NCBI RefSeq assembly: GCF_033153115.1
Contig: NW_026889752.1
Coordinates: forward strand, 13,268,001 to 13,332,000
From: Saccostrea echinata
Lineage: Eukaryota
Direction of reading: 5' to 3'
DNA length: 64,000 bases
Positions 24,729-38,468 of the stretch are shown here, in pieces. Each line of letters opens with the position of its first letter. Position 1 is the stretch's first letter. The notes beneath the pieces were generated by a model. That model saw nothing but the letters and a program-made list of their open reading frames with translations. It searched no databases and was not told the origin of the DNA. Position numbers and translations under genes: made by a program.

Positions 24729-25640
24729 AGCTAGCGATACTGCACTTGCTTATTATGAAATAAAAATTGATATACGAAATGTGTGTATGAGCAAACACCG
24801 ACCTCAAAATTTAGAGGTGGAATCAGGTTCCATGGAGGAATGAACATCCCCTGCCGACCGGTCACGCCCGCCGTGTGCTCCTTGTCATGATCGGGAAAAA
24901 AAGGAAAAATCCGTTCAGTGTATAAATAATGGCCTAACAATTAGTATGAAAAACGCCAGTCAGCATTTGACTCAATGATAGGTTGTATGTGCTGATAAGG
25001 TCATTGTGACGACCGTAAAACTTGCGAAATGATGACTTTAAACGAGACTGTTGATATTCTTGTTTGATCAACTTGTTTGTCAATAGCTTGCCCCATTTTA
25101 GAATTGTTCATACGTAGAGTATGCTCTTGTGTATCGAATCAACTGAGAGGCATAAACCCCATATGCAGGTGATATGGGTATATTGCTACATAAGTAAGGG
25201 AAGTTGATTGAAAAGTTGAAGTCATTACGTTTCTCATAAAGCTTTGTTGTTGGGTTACCATTAACGTATTTTTCTATTAAATATCTAAATATGAAACAGA
25301 TGTGCCAGAATCTGTGGTATCTTTTGTTTCAAGCTCACTGGGATATATCGAGTTGACATATGAACGAAAGTAACTATTGTTAATTGATAATGCGCCGTCG
25401 ATATATCGAAATGTCGAGTTGAAGGCCACAGCAAGTGTTTCCTTCTTCTCATGTAGAAGTTTTTGAATAAATTCTGCTTCATATGAATACAAAATCAGGT
25501 CTGCTAATAAGGGGGCGCAATTGGCACCCATGGGAATTCAAACAGATTGTTGGAAGACCTGATTTCCAAAAACTACATAGATGTTGTCAATCAGGAACTC
25601 AAGCATCTTTTTAACATCAACTTCAGAGTACTTGTGTGTA
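24725..25640 (-). mobile_element. Penelope-like retroelement RT fragment
   Basis: Minus-strand IPMGANCAPLLADLILYSYEAEF..FRYIDG..SYLDI (RT motifs B'/C), with the conserved 3' motif at ~24810-24885. Confidence 0.8.
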
Positions 25641-25649
25641 CAAACATAC

Positions 25650-26090
25650 ACTACGTATGAACAATTTCTAAAACGAGGCAAGCTATTGACAAACAATTTG
25701 TTAAAACAGGAATATCAACAGTCTCGTTAAAAGTCATCATTTCGCAAGTTCTATGACCTTGTCAGCAAATACAATCTATCATAAAGTTTTTCATACTAAT
25801 TGTTAGGCCAATATTTACACAATGAATTGTCTACTGTTTTTCTCGTTTTTTCCCGATCATCACAAGGAGCACACGACGGGTGTGACCGATCGGCAGGGGA
25901 TGCTCACTACTCCATGGTCACTGATCCCACCTCTAAATTTTGAGGTCCGTGTTTGCTCTGCTCAAAATTTGTATCGTTTCATTAGTTCATCTCTGATACT
26001 TTAGAGGTCCCTGTTTGCTCTGCTACTGATTTGTATTGATTGAATGGACTTTTGAGCTTGAATACTGTTCGTTATCTCAATGTTTCATTC
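25650..26090 (+). mobile_element. Inverted Penelope-like 3' fragment abutting the previous copy
   Basis: YEQFLKRGKLLTNNLLKQEYQQSR..KSSFRKFY, then gtgaccgatcggcaggggatgc..ctgatcccacctct. Confidence 0.75.
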
Positions 26091-27515
26091 AAATTCTCAT
26101 CAGATAACCACTATGTCTTAGAGATTACAATGCGTTCTCCTCAATGGGGAGAGTGCAAGATATGATGGTAAATCGTCAGATTTTCCTGATACTAATAATG
26201 CAGAGAAAAAAAAGAGGAATAAAAATTGAAAAGTTGGTAAAACAGAGAAAAATAATTGAATATGCTACAGCTGCAAATGATGCAACGATATTTTTTCTTC
26301 ACTATATGCATTTACTGTGTTGTCCATCGCCGCCCCTGGCAGCATAGTCTGCAGAAATCATTGTCACATGACAAAGATCCAGGGTATCAGCACGTGGAGA
26401 GTTTATTCCTGGAGTCATCTGAAGATCTGCATTTAACAATACAATGTCATTCTTATTCATCACTAATTTTCAAATCGATGAATCAATTTGATGAACAAAT
26501 GCACTGAAAGCTCGTGTCATTGAAATTAATCTTGCAAATATGTGTGTGTATTGGATTGTGATATGAAACTTTATGCCTCTGATGATCATCATCGTTGCAG
26601 GTATTGGTTTTGAGTCCATTCTAAATTTTGTGTCCATTCTATATCCACATAGAAATGACAAGAAACCTGTGACCCGCGACAATGTTGAACATTTACATGT
26701 ACTCTACCTGTTCAATGGAAATTTTGCTGTGTTTCCTCATACCAAAGTTTACATAAATGTTAAATCATTGATCAGTGTTGTCTTTGATAAAGTTTTTTTT
26801 TTGAAAATTAGTTTTGTGTAAAAAAAATCAAATTTAAAAAATAGGTTAGAGATTAATATGAATGTCATAATTATCAAGGAAATCATCGAAGCATCAAGAA
26901 CTGTCATTAAATTAGTGCAGGAAATTTAGAATATAATCATATTTCATTAGTTTTTGTGCCTGACTGGCATATACTTCAAGTTAATACCTCGACGATGCTG
27001 ATCAAAATTGCAGAAAAAATACGTATCTAAGAAGAAATGCTACAAACTCTTTCCCTAAAAAATATGAAAAAAAAACGACTGAATATCTGTCTATTTAAGT
27101 AAAATGAATAAGTTTAAATGCATTAAGTTCCACATTTCATTTAAAGTTTCACAGTACAGTAATGCCCTATAAAGGGAGAGATATGAGGATGATGAAAAAA
27201 ACAGAAGAAATTTGTACTACAATTTAAATCTACAATTTCATGATATCTTTTGATATATATAGACAACTTTAAAAAAACGAAATCCAATTGTGTCTTTGTA
27301 CATAATATCAAAGAATAACATTCCGGCAACAAAAACACTCAAAAAACTAACAATTTAATGGTACTCTATTTTGGACAGTAGGGAGAAATCTGAAAATCCA
27401 AAAATCACATAGTTCAGATTTATTTTTACATTAAAGTCTCGGAATAAACAGGAAGTACATGTTAATTGTACTCCAATTTGCTTCATTCAAATGCAAGTCT
27501 TTAAAAAAATCAATC

Positions 27516-28367
27516 TTAAAAATTGAGAATGGTAGTTTTCTCTCTGTATGAGAAGGGCCGAGTCTCCCTGTGCTTCCGCCTCAACAGAAGATTTCCAGCA
27601 GTGTTTGCTCGTAATAAGAGCCGAGATTTATGTTTATTAGTCACATAATCATCTCCAAAAATGCTATCTTCACTGTCAGAAGAGCACCCATCAGAGTTAA
27701 TATCGATGTCTCTCTGACTCTTTCGTCTTTGTCGTTCGGCATTCGTTCTACTCATATCCTTTCTTTCTTGCACTTTGCAAATATGTTGAATAGTTCTGTT
27801 ACCAAGAGAGCTCAATCGAAACCGCCTTACCATATTGATTAACTGTTTTTGTTCCACTTTTTCGATTGGTAATTCTGGTTTGATATCTTCGAATTCTAGT
27901 ACTTCCGGCTCATGGAATGTGTATTTGAGTTTCTTTCGTTTGTTATCATCGTCCTCATCCTCATTATCATTGCATACTTTTTTAAATCCCAATCTTAGAA
28001 ACTCCTCGGCCGTGATATTCTGCTTTAAGTTCCCCAGTTTTCTTTGCCGAACCTTTGGTCGTATCTTTGAGTATTTGGTAAGAGTGATTTTTGAAGGCCC
28101 CTTCTGAGTTTCTTCCGCGTTCCCTTTCGAGGAATCCATACCTTTTAAAGATTCTGAATTCACTCTTTTCATTTCCTTCATTTCTAGTATAAGTGCTATT
28201 TTTCGTTTACTCAAGGACTTGATGTATTTTTGCTTTTGGTCAGAGAGTATTTTAGCTGTATTACGTAGCTGGACATCTGCACACTGGTTTTTCCTTTCAA
28301 CATAAACGGATGGAAGCATTACAGAGCTCGGTAGTTTGTTTAAATGAAATAACTTGAGTGGCACCAT
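27516..28367 (-). CDS. Uncharacterised single-exon basic/charged protein (~283 aa), possible coiled coil
   Basis: 861-nt ORF in otherwise stop-rich DNA, with coding-like composition; ATG at 28367 (MVPLKLFHL). No recognised domain. Confidence 0.55.
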   Translation of the reverse strand: MVPLKLFHLNKLPSSVMLPSVYVERKNQCADVQLRNTAKILSDQKQKYIKSLSKRKIALILEMKEMKRVNSESLKGMDSSKGNAEETQKGPSKITLTKYSKIRPKVRQRKLGNLKQNITAEEFLRLGFKKVCNDNEDEDDDNKRKKLKYTFHEPEVLEFEDIKPELPIEKVEQKQLINMVRRFRLSSLGNRTIQHICKVQERKDMSRTNAERQRRKSQRDIDINSDGCSSDSEDSIFGDDYVTNKHKSRLLLRANTAGNLLLRRKHRETRPFSYREKTTILNF

Positions 28368-30689
28368 TTTTTTCACGCAACTGCTGAGTTCTAAACAGAA
28401 TGGTTAATAGAATGCTATTCTCCTGAAAACAAATACTCCATACAATTAGGTTAGAAGTTGTAGCCTCCGTACTTCCTGCGATATTAAATCGTATATTTTT
28501 CCAGACACTCGGTATTATATATATTAAGCTTTCTGCATGCATATAGGAAACATATAAGAACCCCTTTACAAATTTTAAGATCAGAAAACTTCAAAGTTAA
28601 ACTACAAAGCATGAAGACCAATTGGGAAGGACTAATCATGCGTTCTACATTATCTAGTTTCTTTTGTTCTTTTTTTAAAACTTAAGTGTTACAGAAACAA
28701 TGCAGATAGAAAACAGAGTTTAAAATTCAAAAAAAAAAATCTCCCCTGCAGTGAAAGGGACAATTTCTGAGTGTGTTCGGAGACGGCCTTGCCAGGCAAC
28801 TAGCATGATTGTACTTACGTAACGGACTAGAAGATATTGACAGAGTAATTTGAGAACATGTTTAACTTGTACTTAAAGTAATATGATTGTGTAGAACAGA
28901 GGAAAACCTAGAGAACATCGAAAGTGCGTGTATTCTAAATATATATTTTTTTCATAAGAGTGTCTGCACAAGTTTATATCCCAAATAAACATGAATCTTT
29001 ATGTAGACTGTTTGTTCGTAGCAAAACTCGTTTCTGAGTCATAGTTATTAATACGAAGTTTTGGAAGCTCAAAAATTGCTAGGACCTGAGAATAAGTCGT
29101 GTCCTTGATCCATTACGATTTTGGTTCAATTGGAGATGATAATGAAATTTTCACGTACATGTATCTTAATGTGTAATGTGAAAATTGGAAGCTCAAATTA
29201 TTGCTGTGCTTTGACTGACATAAAGAAACTGGGCAAGTGGACGATATTTAAAAAAATAAATAAAAAACTAAATTCATGTCAGGTTGATGAATTGATTTGT
29301 TGTTTGCTTTAACGGTGTTTATCCATACATTGTCAGGTTGATGGCTTTATTTGTTTTTTGCTATAACGGTGTTTATCCATACATTGGCCGATGGAAGGAG
29401 CAAGCTCAATATCTTTTGGAAACATAATGAACATTCAATTTGTTACAAACGTCTGTAGCACATTATAATGAACGTTATTATCAATCTGAAAACCTGTGTT
29501 TGTGTGTGTGTGGGTGTGTGTGTGTGTGTGTAAAGACTTTCCTTTCTGATAACTAACCCATCTTTCCTTCTAAGGGAAGAGGAGCAATCAGCGTACCTTT
29601 CTACATGTTCTATGTAAATTTAGTGGCATTGGAAATCTGAGGGGGTTCCAACTCTCTTGATATATCATGGGTGTTAACAAATAACATAATTTAAATGCTC
29701 TAAAACGAGGTATAAAATCACTTAAATTATATTTTGTTTTAATTTCATTCATTTATTTATTTAATTCATTTCTTTTAAAACGCTCACCTGCCTTTGACAG
29801 ATATTTCCTCTATGATAGATCAACGGATAGAAGGAAAAAATAGGTCATAAGTGTCACCCTAGTGAAAAAAGTAAAAGTTTCTTTTTTGCGCTCCCACTTG
29901 TTCTGTTTTCAAATTAAAATCCATTTTTGCATAATTCCCACACAAAATGCCTTGATTTTCAAACATTGCAAAGGTAGAAAATATCTGGCTTCCAAATAAT
30001 ATTATTTACTTTTAAAATGAACAAAGTAAATAAAAGAGAAAGAGAGATGGAAAACTTTTCTTCATTTAATTCTTTGTTTAATAATAAAATCAACAATTTA
30101 CATAAAATAAAACGTTTAAGCATACAATAATTCACGTTCTATTTTTTAATCAACTGAAAATCGTTTTGAGCCTTCAACTTAACAGTTGTTTTTAAAATGA
30201 AAAAAATATGTTCTTTTTTAAAGATTAATTTATTAAACTAACTGGCATGTTTAAGATAATAATGAATGAAACAGATAAGATAAATCACATCTGTGTAAAT
30301 ACGCCCCAGTCAAAGTATGTGTTTGAACAAAGAACAAAGACGATGATTAATTATTGCACAATATGTTGTAAAAATGAAAAAAAAAATTAAACTTTGTCAT
30401 TCAATATAGTACAAAACTGCATACTGTGTCTTTCAAAAATAGAAAATATCGCCTTCTACTCCATCAATCACTTGATAAATCAGAGACCAATTTAGCAGTT
30501 TCAGTAAAGTTTTATACAGTCTTAATTCTATGACCAACTCTGACATCACAGCACCGTTTTAGTTTGAAACACATTCTAGGTTTGTTTTGGCTTCACTTTG
30601 TAAGCACCATTCGATGTCACCTCATCACAGCACCAGTTACTGAGAGGAAGCTAATATGTGATATTTTCCTTTCTCCAACGCAGCATCTA

Positions 30690-31277
30690 TCATTTTTTGT
30701 CATACTTCAGTCTCCTGTTAACATTAACTATAGGCTCGGTTCGAACTTGCGCTGAATATCTCCTCTGAAGATTGTCGATTCGGGCATCCCGTAGTCTGTC
30801 TTCATAAGAGGACTTTTTAGCACTGTTCGCTTTGGATGACAAAACTGAAATATTTGATTTATATTTTGACATAGAGTTGGACTTTGGTGACAAATTTTCT
30901 TCCTCCTCGTCTTCCAGTGAGTATACACTAGAACCATCATCCGAACTATTGCCATCTGAGCGATAATTGTCTTGGTTCATATTTTCTTTTAATTTTTGGA
31001 GTCGCGCCTTCTCTGTAGCAAGAAAAGTAGGTCCGGATAACGTTGAGGTTGCTTTCTTCCTTCCTTTACCAGTTTCTTTCACATTTCTTATCTTAGCCAT
31101 GTCTTTTAATAAGTCTTTTTGTTCTTTAGACATCTTACCCATGGACAGTTGTCTTTTGAATTCGATATCAGACATCGACTGCTTCATCCTTTTTTCGACC
31201 CAGTTATTGATGTGCTCTGCAAAATCATCGGCAAGAGATTTTCCTTGTGGTGGACAAATTAGAGTCAAGTCGGACAT
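30690..31277 (-). CDS. Uncharacterised single-exon protein (195 aa), Lys/Ser-rich with N-terminal helical region
   Basis: ATG-initiated 588-nt ORF with coding-like composition. No recognised domain. Confidence 0.55.
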   Translation of the reverse strand: MSDLTLICPPQGKSLADDFAEHINNWVEKRMKQSMSDIEFKRQLSMGKMSKEQKDLLKDMAKIRNVKETGKGRKKATSTLSGPTFLATEKARLQKLKENMNQDNYRSDGNSSDDGSSVYSLEDEEEENLSPKSNSMSKYKSNISVLSSKANSAKKSSYEDRLRDARIDNLQRRYSAQVRTEPIVNVNRRLKYDKK

Positions 31278-31933
31278 CGTTTAGCAGTAAATGCTTGGAT
31301 ATGTACTTTGGTATTATTCGTTGGTCTGATAGATTCACAGTGATGACCAAGTTGTTGCTCCAGTCGTATTTATAATAAGCACGCACCCTAGCTCTCCCGC
31401 TGAGAGTTTAGGAGACATACAGTATACCCCTCAAGTACTTCAAGGGTTGTAAAGAGTGCAGAGGTAAACCTCGAAACATATATCATGTTGCACCCCTTGG
31501 TGTGAATGAGCAAGCTCAGGTATTCTTCAAACGCGACGGAGCAGCGAAATGGAAAGTAAATACCCACGGCGAGAAAGTTCGATTTTCTGATAACGGCCGT
31601 GGAAGAACCATTGTCTTTATTGTAGGCACTTTTCATAAGTGCGACACTATGTGTTTTCTCTTTGTGCCTTGCCTATGAGATAATACAAGTTACCTATTCC
31701 GTGTTGATTAAATAATCCTTTAACTATAAAGCAAATAATTAATTTATTTAAAACAAAAACAACTTGAATTTCCCCCTTCCGAATTTTAATGTTTAAGATT
31801 GTATCTTCCAAAACAATACAGAAATACATTAAACATTATGTTCTGCCGACTTTTGTGAATAATTTCTTACCATTAATTTATAATTGTAAATTTTATTCTC
31901 ACTTCACACTTCTTTTTTAAGCTCTGTCAGAAA

Positions 31934-32019
31934 CATCTTCGCTAGCCAAGGGTTTCCGATCCGAAATCTACTAGTTGTAGAGTAGATTTCGGATCGGAAA
32001 CCCTTGGCTAGCGAAGATG
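31934..32019. mobile_element. 86-bp perfect foldback MITE with 9-bp TSD
   Basis: 39-bp perfect arms around the loop agttgtag. TSD tgtcagaaa at 31925-31933 and 32020-32028. Confidence 0.9.
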
Positions 32020-32749
32020 TGTCAGAAAATCATCAATGTTGACAGAAAATACCCCCCCCCCCCCCAAAGAACTACATACTTAAATTGATAGTTGAAATAT
32101 TTCATATCTATTTTGAAATATTTTTCATATTACTTTCGTCGGAAGATCGTAAAGTGTGACTTGGCGTACTTCAAAGCATTATTTTATGTCATAAATCGTT
32201 AAAAGATCATTTAGTACCCCCTTCTATGACAATCTAGAAGAAATATTTAATACAAATGCGTTCCAAACAGCTCTTCGCTGTTGCTCGGAATCCAGTGATT
32301 TATAGGGTTTTGGCGATGTAAATGAAAAGACCAGCTAGATTACAAATGTCTGTCTCTAGTAGAGAAAAACATATATAAAATGAAATACAGCTCAAATACA
32401 ATTGTTTTTGTTTTTAAAGATATTTACACAGGTTTGTAACCTATGACATTGTTTAAAACAATTAAAAATCTGTGCAATTAGGATGGACGTGTCATAATAC
32501 TTTACCAAAGAATCCTTTGATACAAAAAATTATTAAATATATACACCGGGAAATAAATAATAATTTGGTAACTTGTTAAGTCATTTGGTATATCAATTAA
32601 ATCAATAATTTGAAACGGATATCATGTATATTGTTGAATGTGAGTTTGAAAACAATTTTGATAGCAGGAAAAATACAATCTCTCTGCTGTGTTCTTCTTT
32701 CAGTTTTAACTGATCTGATCTTTAAACACGGGTAAAATGACAGCCCATT

Positions 32750-35336
32750 TTACACTTTGTGATCAGCTACAACAGATAAATAATCATGACCTGTTTTTAA
32801 GTCCGAATCACTGGTCTCTGTTGTCTCCTTTTCAGTGAGTGATTTATTCATCTCCATATGGTAGTTTGGTGCTATGTAACCTCCTTCCATTGGATTTTCT
32901 TGTATTTTTGCTTGACGTTCGAATCTAAATGGTTTGTTGTCTTCCTCGGTTAATTTGGATTCAACACCATGAAGTTCTATCAAATATGAGCTGGAATTCA
33001 AATGTGTTATTTTTGCTTTTGTCAAGCCCTCAAATAAAATACTTTGCGAAAGGGGAGGACCAATGCCAATGGCAGAGTTTGATAATTCTATTTCAAAGTA
33101 ATGGTCCTCGGAATCGTGTTGGATCGACTTATTATTCTTGCCTTTTGTAATATTGTATTTCTTTCTGTTTTGGTAATGACATGTTACATGAAGACAGACA
33201 ATGATTAGAATAAGGCAACATATGCTACACATTCCAACTATCATGATATTCTGGAAATTCCAAAAGTTTTTTAGCACTGGTGAATCAGTAATTGTTGCAG
33301 AAGTACGGAAAATATGTTCAGCAAGACCATGTGTAGATAAACTAGTTGGGATGAAAAATGAGTTCGTTTCCTGTTGTTTTGACTCGGCACTAGGTGTTGT
33401 TTCTTTATCTTTTGTTGTTCTTGTAATTTTTTGCTCTAAAATAGTATCAAAAAATCTTGATATTAACGACAAACAATGGAAGTTACAATAACATATTCAA
33501 TATACATGTTAGCCCGAAAATAGTTGCCTTTCAAGCATGATAGTCATTTTGATTTTGATTTCAGAGAAGTAAAAGAAGCTGATCTAAAATTAATCTAAAT
33601 ATATATTTTCAAAAGTTTCTTTACCATTAGTTGTCAACGTTATACATCCCTTAGCGAAGTCGCATAAATGTTCGGGGCAATCACAAGTGCCTTGACATCT
33701 AAATCCGTACGTTGGAAATCGGCATTGTCTTGTACATTTGTCACCAACAAAGCCATCGGGACATTCTGAAGTAAAAAATACATTTTTTGTCCTTTCTAAT
33801 TCTTTTGTGTTGTTAATTTTAAGCTCACCTGAGCCAGAATCCCAAAGAACCTTTCCTGATCTAAGTTTGTTAAGCATATGTACTTATATGTACATGTACG
33901 CATGAACATATGTGCCTTTTATTATTTTTCACGTTTTCACCTTTTTCTCCAAAACGAGAACAGTTTCACAACAGTTTTCAGAATATTTAAGTATACATAA
34001 ATGTGAATGCATATCCATGTAGATTCCATTTTGTTTTAATCACGACCTCTTGGGCTGAGATGTGGCGACAATAGGTTTATAGAAATCGATATATTGCTGC
34101 AAGAATAGCAAGAATACATCTGACATAAAGCATTTATGTACTGTTAATATTGTATTATTAATATTATAACGGAAATCAGGTTTATGTTAATGACCACATT
34201 AAAATATGGCACAGGTGAGCTTTTTCATTTTGTAAGTTTTGAATTTGACGGTTGGAAGTAAAAATAAAATTTACGATATGACATTTTCACCCGGTAAATT
34301 CAGAATTTACATACAGTTTAATTGCTGATAGACATCATATTTTCAATTAAAATTACCTTGTATTCTTCTTATTTGATTTTGTCCGGTCCGTAACAAGATA
34401 TTTTTGGCCAAAGAAATTAAGTGTGAGATATTATGGTTCATGTTTAGTTAAAAAATTACTCTCTGAAGAAAATTATCATTTATCTCGAAATATACATCAA
34501 ATTAGAATACATTGCCGATGCATGTTTGTAAACAAATGTTTTCATAAAATTAATCATCGAAACATGCTGTTGTGACTTCGCTCCGAGGAATAAGTGAAAC
34601 ATGCTGGTTAACTTAACACCCGTTTTGTAAAACATGTTGGTTTTTTTTTTAAATTCTTTATTGATACCCGAATCTACTGGTATTTATCTTTTTAAAAATG
34701 ATCTGCTTAGGATATCGCACAGCTGTGGAGGTTGCCAAAGTGCATTTTGATAAATTCATTTCACTTTTCCCGAGATTCGATGTTTTGAATTTTGTACATT
34801 TCAGAATAAGTAGAAAAATTCATTTATCTACTAGGCATTTTTCCTACGCAAGTTATCACGGACCATTTAACTTTATAGAAATCTAGGTTTTTTATCATAG
34901 TAAATTTATATACAAATGTAAAGAATATCAAAAATAGATATGTTATAATGTACTACATGTATACTCAATTATGCATCGATTCCACTCCTCATGTCTTTTT
35001 CAAAATTAATCATATATGGAATACAAAAAAAAAAAATGAACTCACTTATGCATTGATTCAAAGCTTCATCAAGCATGTAACCAGAGCAGCAAACATTGCC
35101 ATACAATCTAGAAAACATTAATTTAATTTACAAGTCGGTAACTAATATTTCAGCTCTGTTTCTTTTATTTCGAATAACAAAAAATCTATAGTTTTCTTAT
35201 AAAGTCCCTACAGTATATTTTGGCTAGGTTTTTGTATTCTTCGCATAATGACCCTCCCCTACACTTACCCTGTGCACTTAGATTGACAGGAAGGCGAAGA
35301 CCACAGCAGAAGCTCGAGAATCAACAGTGGAATCAT
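32750..35336 (-). CDS. Type-I membrane protein with EMI-like/laminin-EGF module (MEGF10/CED-1/SCARF-like bivalve family), ~318 aa
   Basis: Exons 35336-35269 (signal peptide MIPLLILELLLWS), 35107-35046 (NVCCSGY..QCI), 33765-33625 (CPDGFVGDKC..CRFPTYGFRCQGTCDC..CDFAKGC) and 33435-32750 (S/T stalk, TM IMIVGMCSICCLILIIVCL, Tyr motifs YFEI/YLSV). Phases are consistent. Confidence 0.75.
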
Positions 35337-37760
35337 TATAACTAATTCTAAAGTTTATCATCCCAGACAATACGTTGATTATGATATAATTTACTTGACA
35401 CTAACTTTTTAAAGCACCAAAAATATAAATTTTTAAGTGAACACGGAAATTATAGCATTTGTATTTTACTTTCAAGAAATGTCATTTAGGGATACTGCAT
35501 AAATCTGTTTCCTTTTCATAGGCGCAAATTATATATATATAGAACCATAATACATCAAACTTCAGCTAAAGAGATTACATAAAGGAAGTGACCAGGATTT
35601 TCAATCAAGGGTTGTGAAAATAAAATATACTAGTATCTTGTTAAGGAAAAAAATACGAAGAATTAATATAATGAGAAATATAACTGACTTGTGCTTTAAG
35701 CTACAGTTTGAAATCAAAACAAGGAAAAACATTTTTTTCGATAATAAAATTTTGGGGCACTTGCAGATTCAATCAACTATCGGAGAATCGGAGAACTATC
35801 GGAAAATGATTTTTTTTATAGTTACGACTATGACGGCAATGTGTACAAATGAGTATATATACAAGACAACAAGTGTATACTTTAAAATATGAATTTCTTC
35901 AATTTCATTTTTGTTTAATTTCACCCCCTCCCATGGGTCTTAAATTTTTCACAGTCCTCTTTAACTTAATTTTCTTTCAAACGATTCAATATACAATTTT
36001 TTTTTTGGGGGGGGGGGATGAGTACTGAATGTTGTTTATTTTCACAAACGCAACCAATGTTTTTGTTATTTAAATATTCATTGGATAGCAGTACTTTGAT
36101 TTTATTTTTCTATTTTTACAAATACATTCAACAACTAATAAAGAAATAAGGTAATATACTGTTCACCTCACATCGATCATATTCATGAAGCAATTTTGTT
36201 GTATGTATGTTCAATAGAAAAATGTCATGTGAACATTAATTTTATCTAAAAAATTTAAGTTTCACTATGTATTTAATTTCTACTTTCGTTTTGTATATGA
36301 TCATAATACTTCGACATGTTCGAGGAATATATGGTGTGAAAAACTTATGTACACATTCCGGAAAAATGTTGTCTCAGTCTGAAACAATTGAAAATATTCC
36401 ACAGTGGGGAAGGTAGGAAGTTATATTAACAGTTTTGGAATTAAAATGGAAATAAGAACTCTCCAGATATTATAAAATTAGAGAGAGCGGAAGTGGGTCT
36501 ACTACGTACTAGTAATATGTATAGAACGGGAGAGGGGGAAAACAACAAACAAGTACAGCAATCTAAATGGGTTTTTCTTTTAGTGGGCATATGCTTAGCA
36601 ATTATTCCCTTGGAATCATTTTCTACTTATGACGAATATTTGAATCTATGTTAACATATAAAATTATCTAATTCAATGGTAAACAAAATATACATCTAAA
36701 GAATTGAAGATGTATAATTTCGATAGACTTTTCAGAGAGATGTGAATCCTAATATATTGTGAACAAAATAGTACCAGTGTTCTTGACCTTTAACACTATT
36801 TAACTAAGAAATGCTCGAAACAGATAGTTTCTTCCTCGTTTAGTAAGCCAAAGACCAAAGTCCAAACATATGAGCATTAAAATGCATATCATTGAGTTTT
36901 AAACTGAAGTTGTAGCAATGAAAAGTGAAAACTAGGCGATGGGAAAGGGTTGGATTGTAGCTGCAAAATTTTAAAATATTAGAAAATCGGGCCATGTATA
37001 CCCGTTGAAAACATGTGTAACATGTATTAATCTCCGCCGCCCGTCAGGCTCCGCGGTTTTTTAGCTTTTCAGTGTTAAGATGTTTAATCTCTTCCAAGTG
37101 GAGGATACATATTTATATAGCATAGTTACATGTATTTTTGTCTATCTAGTGTTTGTCTATCTCTGTAACTATCACTCTAGAACCCTTGATGGAAATGGAT
37201 TAAGGGAAAAGTACTTTATGATAAAGTCGGGGATGAAAACTACAAAATGTCGGAAATGAAAAGTTGATTATTTTAAAAAATGAAATGCAACCGTCTTCGA
37301 GACATAACTTTCAAACCCCTTTATTTATGAATGAATGAATTCAGACGAATATTTTGTTACTGATATCTTAAAGACTTAAACCTTGTGCATTGACCCTGAC
37401 AAAAAGTTCATACCTTAAAAAGTCGAAGTTACTGAACAGTGAGATAGAGAATAATATTCCCAGTCAAGTAAATAGCCAGAACAGTCGATTAAATATGTTA
37501 ATCCCTAATACTTGTTTGCTGTGAAAATTGCATTAAAGATGTCACGAAGGTCATATCAGCATGATTGTAGGGAAAAACAAGTTTTTTGGACGATAATAAA
37601 AAAAAAATGGTTTATATTCTAAATCGTTGACTGCGACTGTAACGAATTTATAAAGGTACATAATTTATCACTTTGAGCCACATTTTGCAATGTACGAGTA
37701 CTTGCAAAATTCAAGTAAATGGTTCTCGACAATTCGGTGAGTACGGCTGAAAATCATTAA

Positions 37761-38245
37761 GGTCAAGATCTAGTAAATGAAAGGTGCCTACAGATTTCTC
37801 AAATTTGAGAAATAAAGACCTTTAATGGTGCTTTATAACTTTAGCTTGGGCAAATAAGGTGTTTCGGGGCATAATTTGTAGATGAACAAGACGAAAAATC
37901 ATATTTTAAACTGTCATTTTCAATGGAAAATTAAGAAAATTAGTCATGAATACGGGAGTTTTTTTCCATATCAGACAAAGAAATGTATCCAGATTGCCTA
38001 CAGTCTCTCAGAAAACGATAATTTGTATGTTCTTGGCCTCTTCTTTAAAATAATAACAAATTGAATATAGGTATCAGGATTACTTTTCACATGATTTCAA
38101 ATTGAATTCCATGAAAGTACTTTATTTTCTACAAAATTCTACTACAGCCGTAAAGTACGGGAAAAAGAAAGTTAAAATTGATTATGACGTCATAATGGAT
38201 CTAGCACCAAAAAGCTAGTCTGAAGTCATTTACTGGATCTTGACC
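37761..38245. mobile_element. TTAA-flanked MITE (Kolobok/piggyBac-type)
   Basis: TTAA|GGTCAAGATCTAGTAAATGA...TCATTTACTGGATCTTGACC|TTAA. Confidence 0.85.
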
Positions 38246-38468
38246 TTAATTAACTATGTCTTAATATTTAAGAGAAAGTTTTGAACAAAGATTGGAAATT
38301 TTGGTTTTTTATAAAGAAGCAACAGTTTACATAATGAAATATTAGGGTTTATTTCCAAACCTTGTTGAAGATGTAAAAATATATGTCGCTTATGTTGACC
38401 CACACATCAACAGATCATTCGATTTCAGGAAGTGAAATGCATTCTATGCTATGGTAGAAAGGAGAAAT

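Noticed and set aside
26240-26710. Possible minus-strand exons downstream of the 286-aa ORF
   Set aside because: Short open stretches without consistent splice phases or recognisable motifs.
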